From Nitrososphaeria archaeon (GTDB lineage: Archaea > Thermoproteota > Nitrososphaeria > JACIWG01), in NCBI GenBank assembly GCA_050011875.1, contig JBEKIG010000015.1, positions 32,001 to 96,000 of the forward strand: DNA of 64,000 nucleotides, written 5' to 3'. The notes beneath the pieces are model-generated. The model had not been told where the DNA came from. It saw nothing but the letters and a program-made list of their open reading frames with translations, and did not search any database. Position 1 is the first letter of the stretch, and every line of letters starts with the position of its first letter. A program made the position numbers and the translations under genes. Positions 48,410 to 58,195 of the stretch are shown piece after piece.

Positions 48410-49530
48410 TACTGCCCAACCCCCAAAGTATTTCCAACACCTACAATTATAACTGTGTCTCCTTCCTTCGTCCTATCTTCAAGCAGGTTGTCAAGTCTTG
48501 CCTGAACCTTGGCTGCCGCGTCAATAATATCCTTGGTCATAGCAGTTATTGCTTCAGCAAGAGTTTCCTTGATGATTATCGCGTACAGCGGGGTACCGGT
48601 TTTCGAAGACACTTCTTCTATCTTGAACTTATCCACACCTATGCCGCCAATAGCTGCACCTACACCTTCGGAAATTTCCCCCGAAGGCTCACCCTCTAAC
48701 TTCAAGGCGGCATCGATCATTACTATTAAAGAAGGCTTCAACCCGTAATCGTTGATTAAACGCTCTACCGCATTACCTACTGCTCCAACATTTCCTGCAG
48801 GCCCTTCAGCCTTCATTGCGTAAATGTCCCTATTTTTGTAACTGACTTCCGCGAACACCGTATCACGGGCTATTGTTTTCTTCTCATTATTTAGCATCAG
48901 CTTTGCAGCCACCATCGCACCTATCCCATCTCCAAGAGGCTGGACATTACTTACCGGTTCGATCGATGCCAACAGAGCCTCAATTTCTTTTAAGACTTCG
49001 GGCAAAATCATCTGTAACTGCATAAGGAGGTAGATGTTTGATGTCTTCTTACCTAAAAGATAGTAGTGGCGGAGAACTTTATAATAATAATTTAATGCAG
49101 AGGACGTATCCAATAGATTCTCAACTACAGATGTTGTTATGACATCTTTGTTAGGTAGAAGCCTCTTGACCTCCTCCCTTACCCTTTCATCTCTTACACT
49201 TAGAAGGTGCTCTATCTTCCTCACCAGACCCGCTGGGTCTATGCTTACAGGAGCTATTGTAAAAAATTCTAGAAGGTCATCGACCTGTTTAGATGGGTCA
49301 CCTTTGTATCCATTCTTCTGTAAGTAGTCTAAGAGTTCTTTCTTGGATTTATCATTAGCATTTTTAACCTTATTCAATGCCCCCGACAGGGACATAAGAA
49401 TCCTCTGGGTTTGAATATAATTTCCGAAGAACAGGTAAAGGAAGAAGAACGCATAGAAGGCAAGCGACAATATTGTTTGGAGCGTAGTGCTGGTTACGGG
49501 AAAGAGTTGCAGTATCTGAGTTTGCATCAC
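48409..49530 (-). CDS. DUF1512 family membrane-anchored protein
   Basis: N-terminal TM, PVSIDPAG, PLGDGIG, KAEGP, IDAALKLEGE, GVGNTLGVGQ. Confidence 0.85.
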   Translation of the reverse strand: MMQTQILQLFPVTSTTLQTILSLAFYAFFFLYLFFGNYIQTQRILMSLSGALNKVKNANDKSKKELLDYLQKNGYKGDPSKQVDDLLEFFTIAPVSIDPAGLVRKIEHLLSVRDERVREEVKRLLPNKDVITTSVVENLLDTSSALNYYYKVLRHYYLLGKKTSNIYLLMQLQMILPEVLKEIEALLASIEPVSNVQPLGDGIGAMVAAKLMLNNEKKTIARDTVFAEVSYKNRDIYAMKAEGPAGNVGAVGNAVERLINDYGLKPSLIVMIDAALKLEGEPSGEISEGVGAAIGGIGVDKFKIEEVSSKTGTPLYAIIIKETLAEAITAMTKDIIDAAAKVQARLDNLLEDRTKEGDTVIIVGVGNTLGVGQ

Positions 49531-49552
49531 TTTTTTTCACTTTTTTACTGTA

Positions 49553-49672
49553 AGGCGCCAGCACCACTGCTTCGCGACGGCTTCTGCACATCACTAACGC
49601 AATGGCGTGATATGGTTTGACTTCTGGGATCTGACGAGACCAGGTCGAGCCCATAACACTATGGCCGGCTAA
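49553..49672 (-). rRNA. rrf: 5S rRNA (stand-alone)
   Basis: Folds into helices I-V: GCCGGC/GCTGGC, GTGTTATGG/CCATATCAC, CCTGG-TCTCGTCAGATC-CCAGAAG, CCATTGC/GCAGTGG; ends approximate. Confidence 0.9.
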
Positions 49673-49763
49673 ACAATACCGCCCAAATAACTACTAATTA
49701 AGCTTTCGTTTTTAATATAAAAAACGTTTATTTTCCTTTCCTATGGTAGCATGACTTGTCGGA

Positions 49764-49893
49764 GGGGCTGTCGTCCAGCTAGGGAGGACAACGGGCTCCA
49801 GAACATATATGGTATATTGACTACAAGGATGATGTAGTTTTGGAGCTGGGTGAAGAAACCCGTAAGCCGTGGGTTCAAGTCCCACCAGCCCCA
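49764..49893 (+). tRNA. tRNA-Trp(CCA) with a 56-nt intron at 37/38 (49802-49857)
   Basis: GGGGCTG/CAGCCCC acceptor stem, ACGGG-CT CCA G|A-CCCGT after intron removal, GTTCAAGTC T-loop. Confidence 0.93.
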
Positions 49894-50016
49894 CCTCATT
49901 TTGAATTAAAGTCTATGTTAAAAGTGACAGTGACCCTTTTATTTGTTCGAAAGAAATGGAAACTTAGCAACATGATTGCCAGTCAAAGAACAACAATAAA
50001 TACTATAAATGGAAAG

Positions 50017-50370
50017 TTAGCTCTCTAAAACTTCCTTTAACACTACAGCATTGTTGTGTTCAGTATCCTTAGCAGCATAGACCAGAGTCAGAGTTCCCTT
50101 CATCGAAATCTGCTTAAGTTTGTCCAACATATCACCCTTTGCCTCCAACTGCTTTTTGTACTTCTGCTTAAACTCTAACCATTTAGCAGGATCGTGACCA
50201 AACCATTTAATCAGCTCAACAGTTGGAGCAATATCCTTCATCCATTCCTCTACTCTTAGGGCTTCCGATGTCTTACCTCTAGGCCAAAACCTATCAATAA
50301 GAACCCTTATACCGTCCCTTGTCTCAGGCTCTCCGTAAGCTCTCTTAATCTTAACCACCGTAAAAGTCAA
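50017..50370 (-). CDS. DUF488 (YeaO-like) protein
   Basis: KRAY...DG.RVLIDRFWPRG, IAP..L.KWFGHDP, HNNAVVL. Confidence 0.9.
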   Translation of the reverse strand: MTFTVVKIKRAYGEPETRDGIRVLIDRFWPRGKTSEALRVEEWMKDIAPTVELIKWFGHDPAKWLEFKQKYKKQLEAKGDMLDKLKQISMKGTLTLVYAAKDTEHNNAVVLKEVLES

Positions 50371-50460
50371 TTAAATATAATGATAAAACATCTATAAATA
50401 GATTAGCATAACTATTCATATTTTTAATGATCTCATCAGAATAATTATTTTTTCATTAAA

Positions 50461-50628
50461 ATCAATATCAATATAGATAAAGTGAAGGTTGTCGTGACTC
50501 AGTTCTATTGGAACGTTAGCTATGAATTACCAGTGGGGGTCCCAATCGAGTTCGATGTTACTTCTATGTTGTTTTCAGGCCCATTAATCTACGGTTTGGC
50601 CGCCGTTCTATCCCATAAAGAAGGATGA
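50461..50628 (+). pseudogene. Possible remnant of a cupredoxin/cytochrome oxidase subunit II gene
   Basis: VKVVVTQFYWN...LPVGVPIEFDVTS resembles the V..QW.W...P.G.PV.F..TS pattern; no CuA ligands follow. Confidence 0.35.
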
Positions 50629-50793
50629 TTGTTAAGAAAAACCTCTAAAAATGTCAATCAAGTCCATTACATAATGAAAAAAGAGATGCCAACAATTAAC
50701 TTATGGTCATCAATAGAGAAAATGGAGTCTACTAAATCAAGATGTACAAAAGTAACTAAGCTCAATACAAGCAGGTGTGAAACAGAAGATCAT

Positions 50794-51795
50794 CTAAATT
50801 TTTAGAACCGCTGACCCCGTTATTGAACCCTGTTTCAAGTCTTGAAGTGCTCTATTGGCTTCCTCTAAGCTGTAAACATGTACGTCCGGTTTTATGTTAG
50901 CTTTGACCGCTTCCTTAAGATATTCTTTTACATCATCCCTGGTAACGTTTGCCACCGACTTTATTTCCCTTTCAAGCCAAATGAGATTGTAGTCGAGTCT
51001 CTCAATTGGACTCATGTGAATCTCTCCGATCACCACCCTCCCAGCCTTGTCCAACTTTTTCAGAGCTTCGATAACTATCCATCCTGCTGGTGCGAAGACT
51101 ACTGCAGCATCCAATTTGACACCCGGATCATCTGTAGGCTGACCTATCCACTTAGCTCCAAGTTCCCTAGCGAGCTCCTGCCGAGAAGAGCCTCTGGTGA
51201 AAACGTATGTTTCTAAACCCTTCCCTATTGCAACAGGAGTTATTAGGTGGGCTGCCGAGCCAAATCCGAATACGCCTAGTTTTCCTGACCCTCTATCGAG
51301 GAGCCCTGTGAGCTTTAGTGCCCTATATCCTATGGCTCCTCCGCAGAGAAGAGGAGCGACGTGAGCGTCGTCGAACTCATTTGGAAGCTTGTGGACAAAA
51401 CCGTCCCTAGCCAGCATGTATTCTGCGTATCCGCCGTTAACGCTGTACCCTGTAAAAAGTGCACGATCGCAGAGGTTTTCAAGCGAAGACCTACAGTACT
51501 TGCATGTTCCGCAGGACCAGTAAAGCCAGGGTACGCCAACTCTCTCCCCTATATGTACGTCCGTCACCTTGGGTCCTGTATCTTCCACTGTTCCAACAGC
51601 CTGATGTCCGAGTATCAAGGGCATCTTTATCACCTGCAGGTCTCCTTCCAATATATGTAGGTCTGTCCTACACACCGCACACGTGCTCACCTTTATGAGA
51701 ACGTCATCGCCCTTTGGATCGGGTTTATCAACATCCTCCATCTTCAAAGGCGACGTTTCAGCCGATGCCTGTTTGTAAAGAATAGCCGCATTCAT
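50794..51795 (-). CDS. Zn-dependent alcohol dehydrogenase family protein
   Basis: CRTDLH, LGHQ.VG, CGTCKYC...ENLC, APLLCGG. Confidence 0.92.
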   Translation of the reverse strand: MNAAILYKQASAETSPLKMEDVDKPDPKGDDVLIKVSTCAVCRTDLHILEGDLQVIKMPLILGHQAVGTVEDTGPKVTDVHIGERVGVPWLYWSCGTCKYCRSSLENLCDRALFTGYSVNGGYAEYMLARDGFVHKLPNEFDDAHVAPLLCGGAIGYRALKLTGLLDRGSGKLGVFGFGSAAHLITPVAIGKGLETYVFTRGSSRQELARELGAKWIGQPTDDPGVKLDAAVVFAPAGWIVIEALKKLDKAGRVVIGEIHMSPIERLDYNLIWLEREIKSVANVTRDDVKEYLKEAVKANIKPDVHVYSLEEANRALQDLKQGSITGSAVLKI

Positions 51796-52009
51796 CGCAT
51801 CAATAACCGATTATCTTACCCCTATTTTTGTTATTAACCAGTCTGTAATTATTTAATTTTTTTGTGTATATAATTTCTCTTTAATAATATTTAAATCAAA
51901 CTTTTTAAAATAAGTTAATAGTTTTTATTAAGAATAATATCATATATTGTTAATTGGACTAGATTTAAAGAAAAACTTATTAGACAGAATTTTTTGTCTT
52001 TAATCAGTC

Positions 52010-52345
52010 ATGTCTAAGTACGTGCTCATAAGAAAAGAAGGTGGGGTTTTAATATCTAACCATAGACTGTCAGCACTTAATCCTGAGTCTAAAATATCAG
52101 ATAGAATACTTCTAAAACCCAACACGACACCTTGTAAAGACGATTTAATTAGTCTGGCTATATTCGGATGCGGTATAAAAAATAATGGGCAAAAGTACCC
52201 GGAAGGTTATAGGTGTCCTGTTTCCACTAGGTCCTATAACTACCCGATGTCTATACAAGAAGCTAGATATAGAATACTACCCTATTGCAGAAGCTGCCCC
52301 CTCTGCCCTGTGAACTTGAGCGACTCCATGGACAACAATTGCTAG
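52010..52345 (+). CDS. Hypothetical Cys-rich protein
   Basis: 111-aa ORF after an AT-rich promoter-like stretch; C-terminal CRSCPLCP. Confidence 0.55.
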   Translation: MSKYVLIRKEGGVLISNHRLSALNPESKISDRILLKPNTTPCKDDLISLAIFGCGIKNNGQKYPEGYRCPVSTRSYNYPMSIQEARYRILPYCRSCPLCPVNLSDSMDNNC

Positions 52346-52426
52346 AGTTAAATATTCACCCTAATTGTAAGCCAAATACGCTCTAATGTAGAATGCTTTA
52401 TTTATAGTTGTTCGGTCTGCACGTGC

Positions 52427-52978
52427 ATGGAATCTTCTTCTCAAAGACCGGATAATTCTAATTTTGTTTACCAAGGAAAGAGAATCTCATTTAAAGTTAC
52501 GAATATTAGCCTTCCAAATGGGAAAATTATTAGAAAGGAAATCGTTGAACACCCCGGTGCGGTTGTTATTTTACCGTTTTTAGATGACAAAATTGTTTTT
52601 TTAAAACAGTTCCGTGCATCTATTAATAATTGGATCTACGAGCTTCCCGCAGGAACCTTAGACAAAAAAGGGGAAAGCTTAGAAGAGTGTGCTTTAAGGG
52701 AACTCAAAGAAGAAACAGGTTATGTCGCTGATAAAGCTACGGAGATGTTTAGAATGTACCCTTCACCGGGATTCAGCACCGAAATAATATACTCTTTTTT
52801 CACCGACAAGCTGAAGAAGGGTACTGCTTCTCCAGAAGAAACAGAAATTATACAGACAATCGTTCTACCATTCGAAGATGCATTAGAATTAATTAGAAAA
52901 GAAGCTGTAGTAGACGCTAAGACGATTGCAAGCTTATTTTATTACGATAGGTATCTCAGAACTTTAAAAGAAGTGTAA
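52427..52978 (+). CDS. NUDIX hydrolase (ADP-ribose pyrophosphatase-like)
   Basis: EHPGAV, ELPAG....E....ALRELKEETGY Nudix box, SPGFS.E, DAKT. Confidence 0.92.
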   Translation: MESSSQRPDNSNFVYQGKRISFKVTNISLPNGKIIRKEIVEHPGAVVILPFLDDKIVFLKQFRASINNWIYELPAGTLDKKGESLEECALRELKEETGYVADKATEMFRMYPSPGFSTEIIYSFFTDKLKKGTASPEETEIIQTIVLPFEDALELIRKEAVVDAKTIASLFYYDRYLRTLKEV

Positions 52979-53140
52979 ACAAAGGAATTGATGAACCTAT
53001 TCTGTTATAATAAAATTATTTAACCCTCAAAGCTTTAAACAAGAGAACTGCTTACTCGCCTCATCTGCGCGAACTCTAATACATTGAAGAAACTTGAAAC
53101 TTTACGTTACACTAACTGTATTGAAGCCCCTCTTCGTTTT

Positions 53141-53749
53141 TTATCTCCACAATTTTTCCTTTTTTTCCAAGGGTAGAATCTTCAGTTTTTGAACGTAATA
53201 TTTCTGCAATTTGTTAATCTTTGGGGTTATGATTATCCTGCAATAGGGTTGCTCAGGATGACGTTTGAAGTAGTCTCTGTGGTATTCCTCTGCTGCATAA
53301 AATGCCTTAAACGATTCAACCTGCGTTACTATCGGTGCACTGTAAGTTTTTTCTGAATCAAGCTCTTGTATGACCTGCCCTGCGATCGATTTCTGTTCAT
53401 CGTTGTGGTAAAGTATGATTGAACGATACTGGGTTCCTACGTCGTTTCCTTGGCGGTTCGGTGTAGTAGGGTCATGTGTGGCAAAAAAAATATCTAAAAT
53501 TTCTTTAAAGGATATTACGTCAGGATCAAACCTAACCTGTACAACTTCTGCGTGCCCCGTAGTACCAGACGATACCTGCTCGTAAGATGGATACTCCAGA
53601 TTTCCACCAGAGTAACCCGATTCCACCTTTACCACACCCTTTATCTCGTTGAAAACTGCCTCCATGCACCAGAAGCAGCCTCCGCCGAGTGTAACAACCT
53701 CTTCCCTTTGGGGTCCACTAATTTTTAGTTGTTCCGGGTTCATAATCAC
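53141..53749 (-). CDS. msrA: Peptide methionine sulfoxide reductase A
   Basis: GGGCFWC, TGHAE, HDPT..NRQG.D.GTQYRS, AEEYH. Confidence 0.96.
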   Translation of the reverse strand: MIMNPEQLKISGPQREEVVTLGGGCFWCMEAVFNEIKGVVKVESGYSGGNLEYPSYEQVSSGTTGHAEVVQVRFDPDVISFKEILDIFFATHDPTTPNRQGNDVGTQYRSIILYHNDEQKSIAGQVIQELDSEKTYSAPIVTQVESFKAFYAAEEYHRDYFKRHPEQPYCRIIITPKINKLQKYYVQKLKILPLEKKEKLWR

Positions 53750-54039
53750 ACCTCTTTTTTTTACAAGGGTAAGGTAGTCTAATCTTCTTTATCTAGTTTT
53801 AGGTTTTTCCAGCTGAATTATGTTCTCCCCTATCCTGCCAACATACTATAGTAAACTGGCAATTTCATGAAAACTTCCGATCATTTTGGCCTTGACCGGC
53901 ATCCCTTTCTGACACTACTTCGTCTTCTGCTTTTGAGGGCGAACTTAATTTTTTGTGTCCCTAACACTTAGAGTATTGAACCCTACATAATATTTTTCAT
54001 AGCATTATATGTTCATGGCTGGGAAATATATTGAAAGCA

Positions 54040-55260
54040 TTATTCCACATTCGGCTTAGGACCAGTGTTTTTGACCTGAGCGACTAAAACGATTATTCCT
54101 GTTGCACCAAGAACTCCCATAAGAATAAAGGCAGGCAGAAAAGAAGAATAGATATCAATCATGTAGCCCATAATGGCTACCCATAAGGAATAAGCTGAAA
54201 AGAGGCAAGTAAAATAGATTCCTACAGCCAAATCTCTTGAAGATTTTGCTGTTATCTGAATCAGATGAGATTGGGCAAGGGTTGTGAAAGAGAAACAGAA
54301 GAAGCCCAATAAGAAGAGATGGACTGCTAAAACCAAATTAGCTGAGGAATAAAAGGAGAGAAGTACGACACTAGTGACTGCAGCGGTCGTAGAAAATACA
54401 GCGGTCTTAATGTATCCACGTTTAGCTCCAATCCTTCCGAGGATAAGGGGCCCAAATATTCCTCCTGAAAGTTCGATCGTATAAAAGATGCCGCTTCCAA
54501 CGGTATTTAATTTTAGGACGCTAGTGAGAAATATGGGGGTGTAAGTTGTTAGGAGGTTTATGTCTATCGCTCCTGCGAAAAGAATCTGCGCTAAGAGTAG
54601 CGATAAGACTCCCTTCGTTTTCAAAATCCCGACAACGTCGGACTTTAAGGAAGTAGTGTTACTTTCCTTGCCGTAAGTCATCTTTTTGCCTTCACTCAGG
54701 TACCAGATCATCGTTATGCCTACAATCAAGCAGGGAACAGAGAAAACAAATAATGAAACCCTCCAGTTAAATGCAACAGCCAGAAAGGTCATAAGTAGTG
54801 GTCCTATGATGTTACCGATGTAAGCTAGCCCGTAGTGAATGCCTATCGCCCAACCAATTTTTTCGTCTTCAAACTTGCCAGAAATAATAGCAGTTCCCAT
54901 TGGATGTGTTGGCGAGGTTCCAACATTCGATAACGTCCTAGCACCTAGGAAATCCAAAATACCATGTGAAATCCCTGTTAGGAAAGTTCCAACAGACAAG
55001 AGAATGTTTCCAACTCCAAGAATGACATGTCTAGCCACCCTTCTACTGATAATGCTTGGAACCAGCTGGAAAAGGCCACCGATAAATGTAGACAGGGCTA
55101 CAGCAAGCCCGAATTCGGCGTAACTGAGTTTCAGTTCAGAAATTATTAGAGGGAAAAGGACGGATGTGCCCAAGAAAATATGCTGCATCATATGTGACAC
55201 CGTTACGATGGCCAGCGTGCTGTTTGCAGATCTAGTCTTCTGCTTATTACCAGCCTTCAA
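54040..55260 (-). CDS. MFS transporter
   Basis: About 12 hydrophobic segments, H..H in TM1, THP.G motif. Confidence 0.88.
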   Translation of the reverse strand: MKAGNKQKTRSANSTLAIVTVSHMMQHIFLGTSVLFPLIISELKLSYAEFGLAVALSTFIGGLFQLVPSIISRRVARHVILGVGNILLSVGTFLTGISHGILDFLGARTLSNVGTSPTHPMGTAIISGKFEDEKIGWAIGIHYGLAYIGNIIGPLLMTFLAVAFNWRVSLFVFSVPCLIVGITMIWYLSEGKKMTYGKESNTTSLKSDVVGILKTKGVLSLLLAQILFAGAIDINLLTTYTPIFLTSVLKLNTVGSGIFYTIELSGGIFGPLILGRIGAKRGYIKTAVFSTTAAVTSVVLLSFYSSANLVLAVHLFLLGFFCFSFTTLAQSHLIQITAKSSRDLAVGIYFTCLFSAYSLWVAIMGYMIDIYSSFLPAFILMGVLGATGIIVLVAQVKNTGPKPNVE

Positions 55261-55410
55261 TCTTCGTCATAAACCACCCAGAAAATACACAGATAAAGAT
55301 TATTGATTAAAAAGGTCAAGCAGGCCTTTACACCAGAACAAAAAATGCAGAGGTGCCTGTCCAGTTAGCGTGATAACCGTCACAGAAATTTAACGATTTT
55401 AAAACTCCAA

Positions 55411-56670
55411 CTAGTCTTCCCAGTCCAGAAGCCTTTTTTGCCCCTCTAACTTTTTAATGTCCGTCAAATCCTGCGTCACTTCTAAGGTCCCCAAGTATTT
55501 CCCATTCTTATCCCTTATAGCGAAGTACCTGATATGAACTAGTCGATCGTTCATTTGGATCCAAAATTCAGCAACATCCTTCTTGCCAGTCTTAAAAGAT
55601 TCTAGGATCCGATTCACTATGTGAACACTTTTCTGAGGATGACATAACTGTACTTTTCTTCCGATAACGGCCTTAGTTCGCAGGAAGATCCTCTTCTCTG
55701 CCTTGTTGAAGTATCTTACCGTGTCGTTTTTGTCAATGAATGTGAGGTCTATTGGAAGAGAGTCCAAGACGGCCCCTATCTCCTTCTCTGATAGGCTACC
55801 GTTTTCAAACCGCAGAATGCCCTCGATTGCGGGTGTAATTTTAGTTTCTTCAATATGAGGCTTTCCTATTAACTGCTGCGGAGTAAAACAGCAGTAACCG
55901 ATGTCATCAAACTCCCTTCTAGCTTCTTCCCATTCTGCCTCTGTAACCATTTTTACCGTCGTTGGAAAAAGCACACTATTCTCCTTGAAAAAGTGGCTTG
56001 AGACGATTTCGCAGAGGGGTTTAACTATTTGGATTATTTGTTTCTTGAAGTACTGAAAGTCCATGGTCTCCACCGTATATTTGTAGTAGAGTGTACTCCA
56101 TTTTTCGAGAAAATTAAAGAACTGCTTCTCCTTCTCCCTTATTTTCACGTGTTCCATCCACATTATCGCAGGCGGCTCCGTAATCCCATGCTTTTCCAGA
56201 AGAGGGAAAAGCACGTTTTCCTCTCTCAAAAAGTGTTTGTCTGAGTCCCGAAAATCCTTTGCTATGTCCTGCATCTCCTTTAACGCTTCACCAACATGGA
56301 TCATGTCGCATCTTTCACATGCCTGCTCGGTTTCACTCACTAAACCTTGCAGCCTTTTTAGCCGTTCCAATAAAATTTTATGTTCTTCCATCAAGATGTT
56401 AATCGGATGGCCGGAAGGAACCTGAAGCTGATTTTTTTCCAGGCGTTCGGCAAAAACGGTCATATGAACATCGCAAAGGCTTTGGAGCTGTTCCCTCGGA
56501 ATTCCCTCTTGGACAAGCTCCTGTTCGATCTTCGCGATATCTTCAGGGTTCACGTCCTCCAAAGCCTGTTTGAACTTTTCTTTGACTTCCTGCGGCGATG
56601 CCCCGCTGTGTAGCTGCCTGATCACTTCTTTCAATATTTTCTTCTTGGTTTCAAGAGAGTCTTTTGGCAT
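55411..56670 (-). CDS. DUF438 / hemerythrin / PAS domain protein
   Basis: LCDVH, GHP....EH, H..REEN.LFP, MWMEH, KEN..LFP, C-terminal PAS with CHP.KS and EVTQD. Confidence 0.9.
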   Translation of the reverse strand: MPKDSLETKKKILKEVIRQLHSGASPQEVKEKFKQALEDVNPEDIAKIEQELVQEGIPREQLQSLCDVHMTVFAERLEKNQLQVPSGHPINILMEEHKILLERLKRLQGLVSETEQACERCDMIHVGEALKEMQDIAKDFRDSDKHFLREENVLFPLLEKHGITEPPAIMWMEHVKIREKEKQFFNFLEKWSTLYYKYTVETMDFQYFKKQIIQIVKPLCEIVSSHFFKENSVLFPTTVKMVTEAEWEEARREFDDIGYCCFTPQQLIGKPHIEETKITPAIEGILRFENGSLSEKEIGAVLDSLPIDLTFIDKNDTVRYFNKAEKRIFLRTKAVIGRKVQLCHPQKSVHIVNRILESFKTGKKDVAEFWIQMNDRLVHIRYFAIRDKNGKYLGTLEVTQDLTDIKKLEGQKRLLDWED

Positions 56671-56761
56671 CTTTCCTCTTCCATCACTAAAATAAGAATT
56701 ACACTTAGATAAATGATTTTATTGTCTTCCTTACAATTCTGAACTTTAATCTAAAACGAAG

Positions 56762-56836
56762 TGGACCGAGCGGGATTTGAACCCGCGATCTCTCGCGTGC
56801 GAGGCGAGCGTAGCTACCGAACTGTACTATCGGCCC
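56762..56836 (-). tRNA. tRNA-Ala(CGC)
   Basis: G3:U70, CTCGC-CT CGC AC-GCGAG. Confidence 0.94.
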
Positions 56837-56844
56837 ACGTTTTC

Positions 56845-56910
56845 TCGGCATACGGTAATGTTATCTTCATCCCTTGTAGGTCGGTTTGCCCGTCAAACTA
56901 CCGTATCCCT
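56845..56910 (-). ncRNA. Candidate K-turn hairpin RNA / tRNA leader
   Basis: ATACGGTA/TACCGTAT stem enclosing CCGA-CCT ACA AGG-GATGAAG (K-turn geometry); second CCGA near the tRNA. Confidence 0.5.
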
Positions 56911-57206
56911 TTAAGCCACTCTAGCAATGAATAGGTACTTTAAATTAACTTTTCTAAAATCTACGATAAAATAAGAGGGCCATGAATATGATTACTTCCG
57001 ATTTTTTCTTGAACGGCATAAACTAAGGAATCTACAAGAGAATAGGTATTCTATTTGACTACGAACTCAGGAGAATCGTTCATAGCGCGCTCAAAGTTCA
57101 ATGCACAACCACCGGAAGGCTGTTAACCTAAGAACATAAACTTATGTTTACAATATTACTATGTACTTAATGGCTTTTAGGAAAGTTAATTGAGCCCAAA
57201 AATAAG

Positions 57207-57280
57207 TGCCGAGGGCCGGGTTTGAACCGGCGACGGCTCGGTCTTCAGCCGAGTGCTCTCCCAGGCTGAGCTACCTCGGC
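57207..57280 (-). tRNA. tRNA-Phe(GAA)
   Basis: CTCGG-CT GAA GA-CCGAG. Confidence 0.95.
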
Positions 57281-57383
57281 AGCTCTAGCCAAGTCATGTT
57301 CCTTAACAAGATGTTATAACTTTTATGGCCTTGAATGGCTCTTAGAAGTAGAACTAAAACATGACCGCTGATTTTAAATTTCT

Positions 57384-57998
57384 TTACAGTACTGCCCTTA
57401 ATGTGTCAAGCTCAAATTTGGTGTTTGCACAACCGTTCTTCGTTAAAGGTATCCCTTGCCCAGAAATTTTTAACGCATCTAAGGGGGACGTGGACATCTT
57501 CAGTTCTTGGCTGCAGGCCACTCCTATCATACCATCATATCCTCTTTCCTTCAGTATTTTTGGTATGCATGATCCACCCGGAACAACAAATACATCATAC
57601 ATTTTACTTCTCGCAATCTTTGTAGCCTGATTTACAAGACAGTCCTCCGAACAGGAGTTACACATGTAGGCTGGTATTGCTGGATCAAAGGTAGCCTTAC
57701 ATCTTCCATCCATATACTTCCTTGAACAATGGGGCAAAAAGACGGCCCTCCTGTTGGTAGACTGGAATGAAGGCTGGTATTCAACGTTCTTAGCGTACAC
57801 CGTTATAAGGTCTTCAACAAGTGTTATCGCATCCCCGAAATCTACGCCGGTAAGTTCATTTATCTTGAATTTTTTAACCAGCGTTTTAGCCCGTGTGCCA
57901 AGCTTTGCATGAACATTACCCTTGTAAGCGACGAGCACCAATTCCTTGAAGAAAGTTTTTGGAATTCTGTTTAGATCAAAGTTGAATTCGTATGGCAT
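57384..57998 (-). CDS. DUF116 family protein
   Basis: FLPHC.R...C, C..C...C, VPGGS, GVAC..EL, GC.NT. Confidence 0.88.
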   Translation of the reverse strand: MPYEFNFDLNRIPKTFFKELVLVAYKGNVHAKLGTRAKTLVKKFKINELTGVDFGDAITLVEDLITVYAKNVEYQPSFQSTNRRAVFLPHCSRKYMDGRCKATFDPAIPAYMCNSCSEDCLVNQATKIARSKMYDVFVVPGGSCIPKILKERGYDGMIGVACSQELKMSTSPLDALKISGQGIPLTKNGCANTKFELDTLRAVL

Positions 57999-58120
57999 TA
58001 CGTTATTGCCACTTAAGGATGGTATATATAATTTTAAACACTCGATTAAGCCCAAAACGTGAAGTTCTTATGAATTTTTACTATGAGTTAAGGATACTAA
58101 TTTTTGCAGATGATTTAGGA

Positions 58121-58195
58121 TGCGACCGCCGGGATTTGAACCCGGGTCAGAAGCGTGGCAGGCTCCCGTCCTAGACCAGACTAGACTACAGTCGC
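58121..58195 (-). tRNA. tRNA-Gly(GCC)
   Basis: GGAGC-CT GCC AC-GCTTC, acceptor GCGACTG/CGGTCGC. Confidence 0.94.

Noticed and set aside
49673-49690. Apparent 11-nt bulge or intron in an extended 5S helix I
   Set aside because: Only 4 extra base pairs and no BHB motif; most simply a precursor leader.
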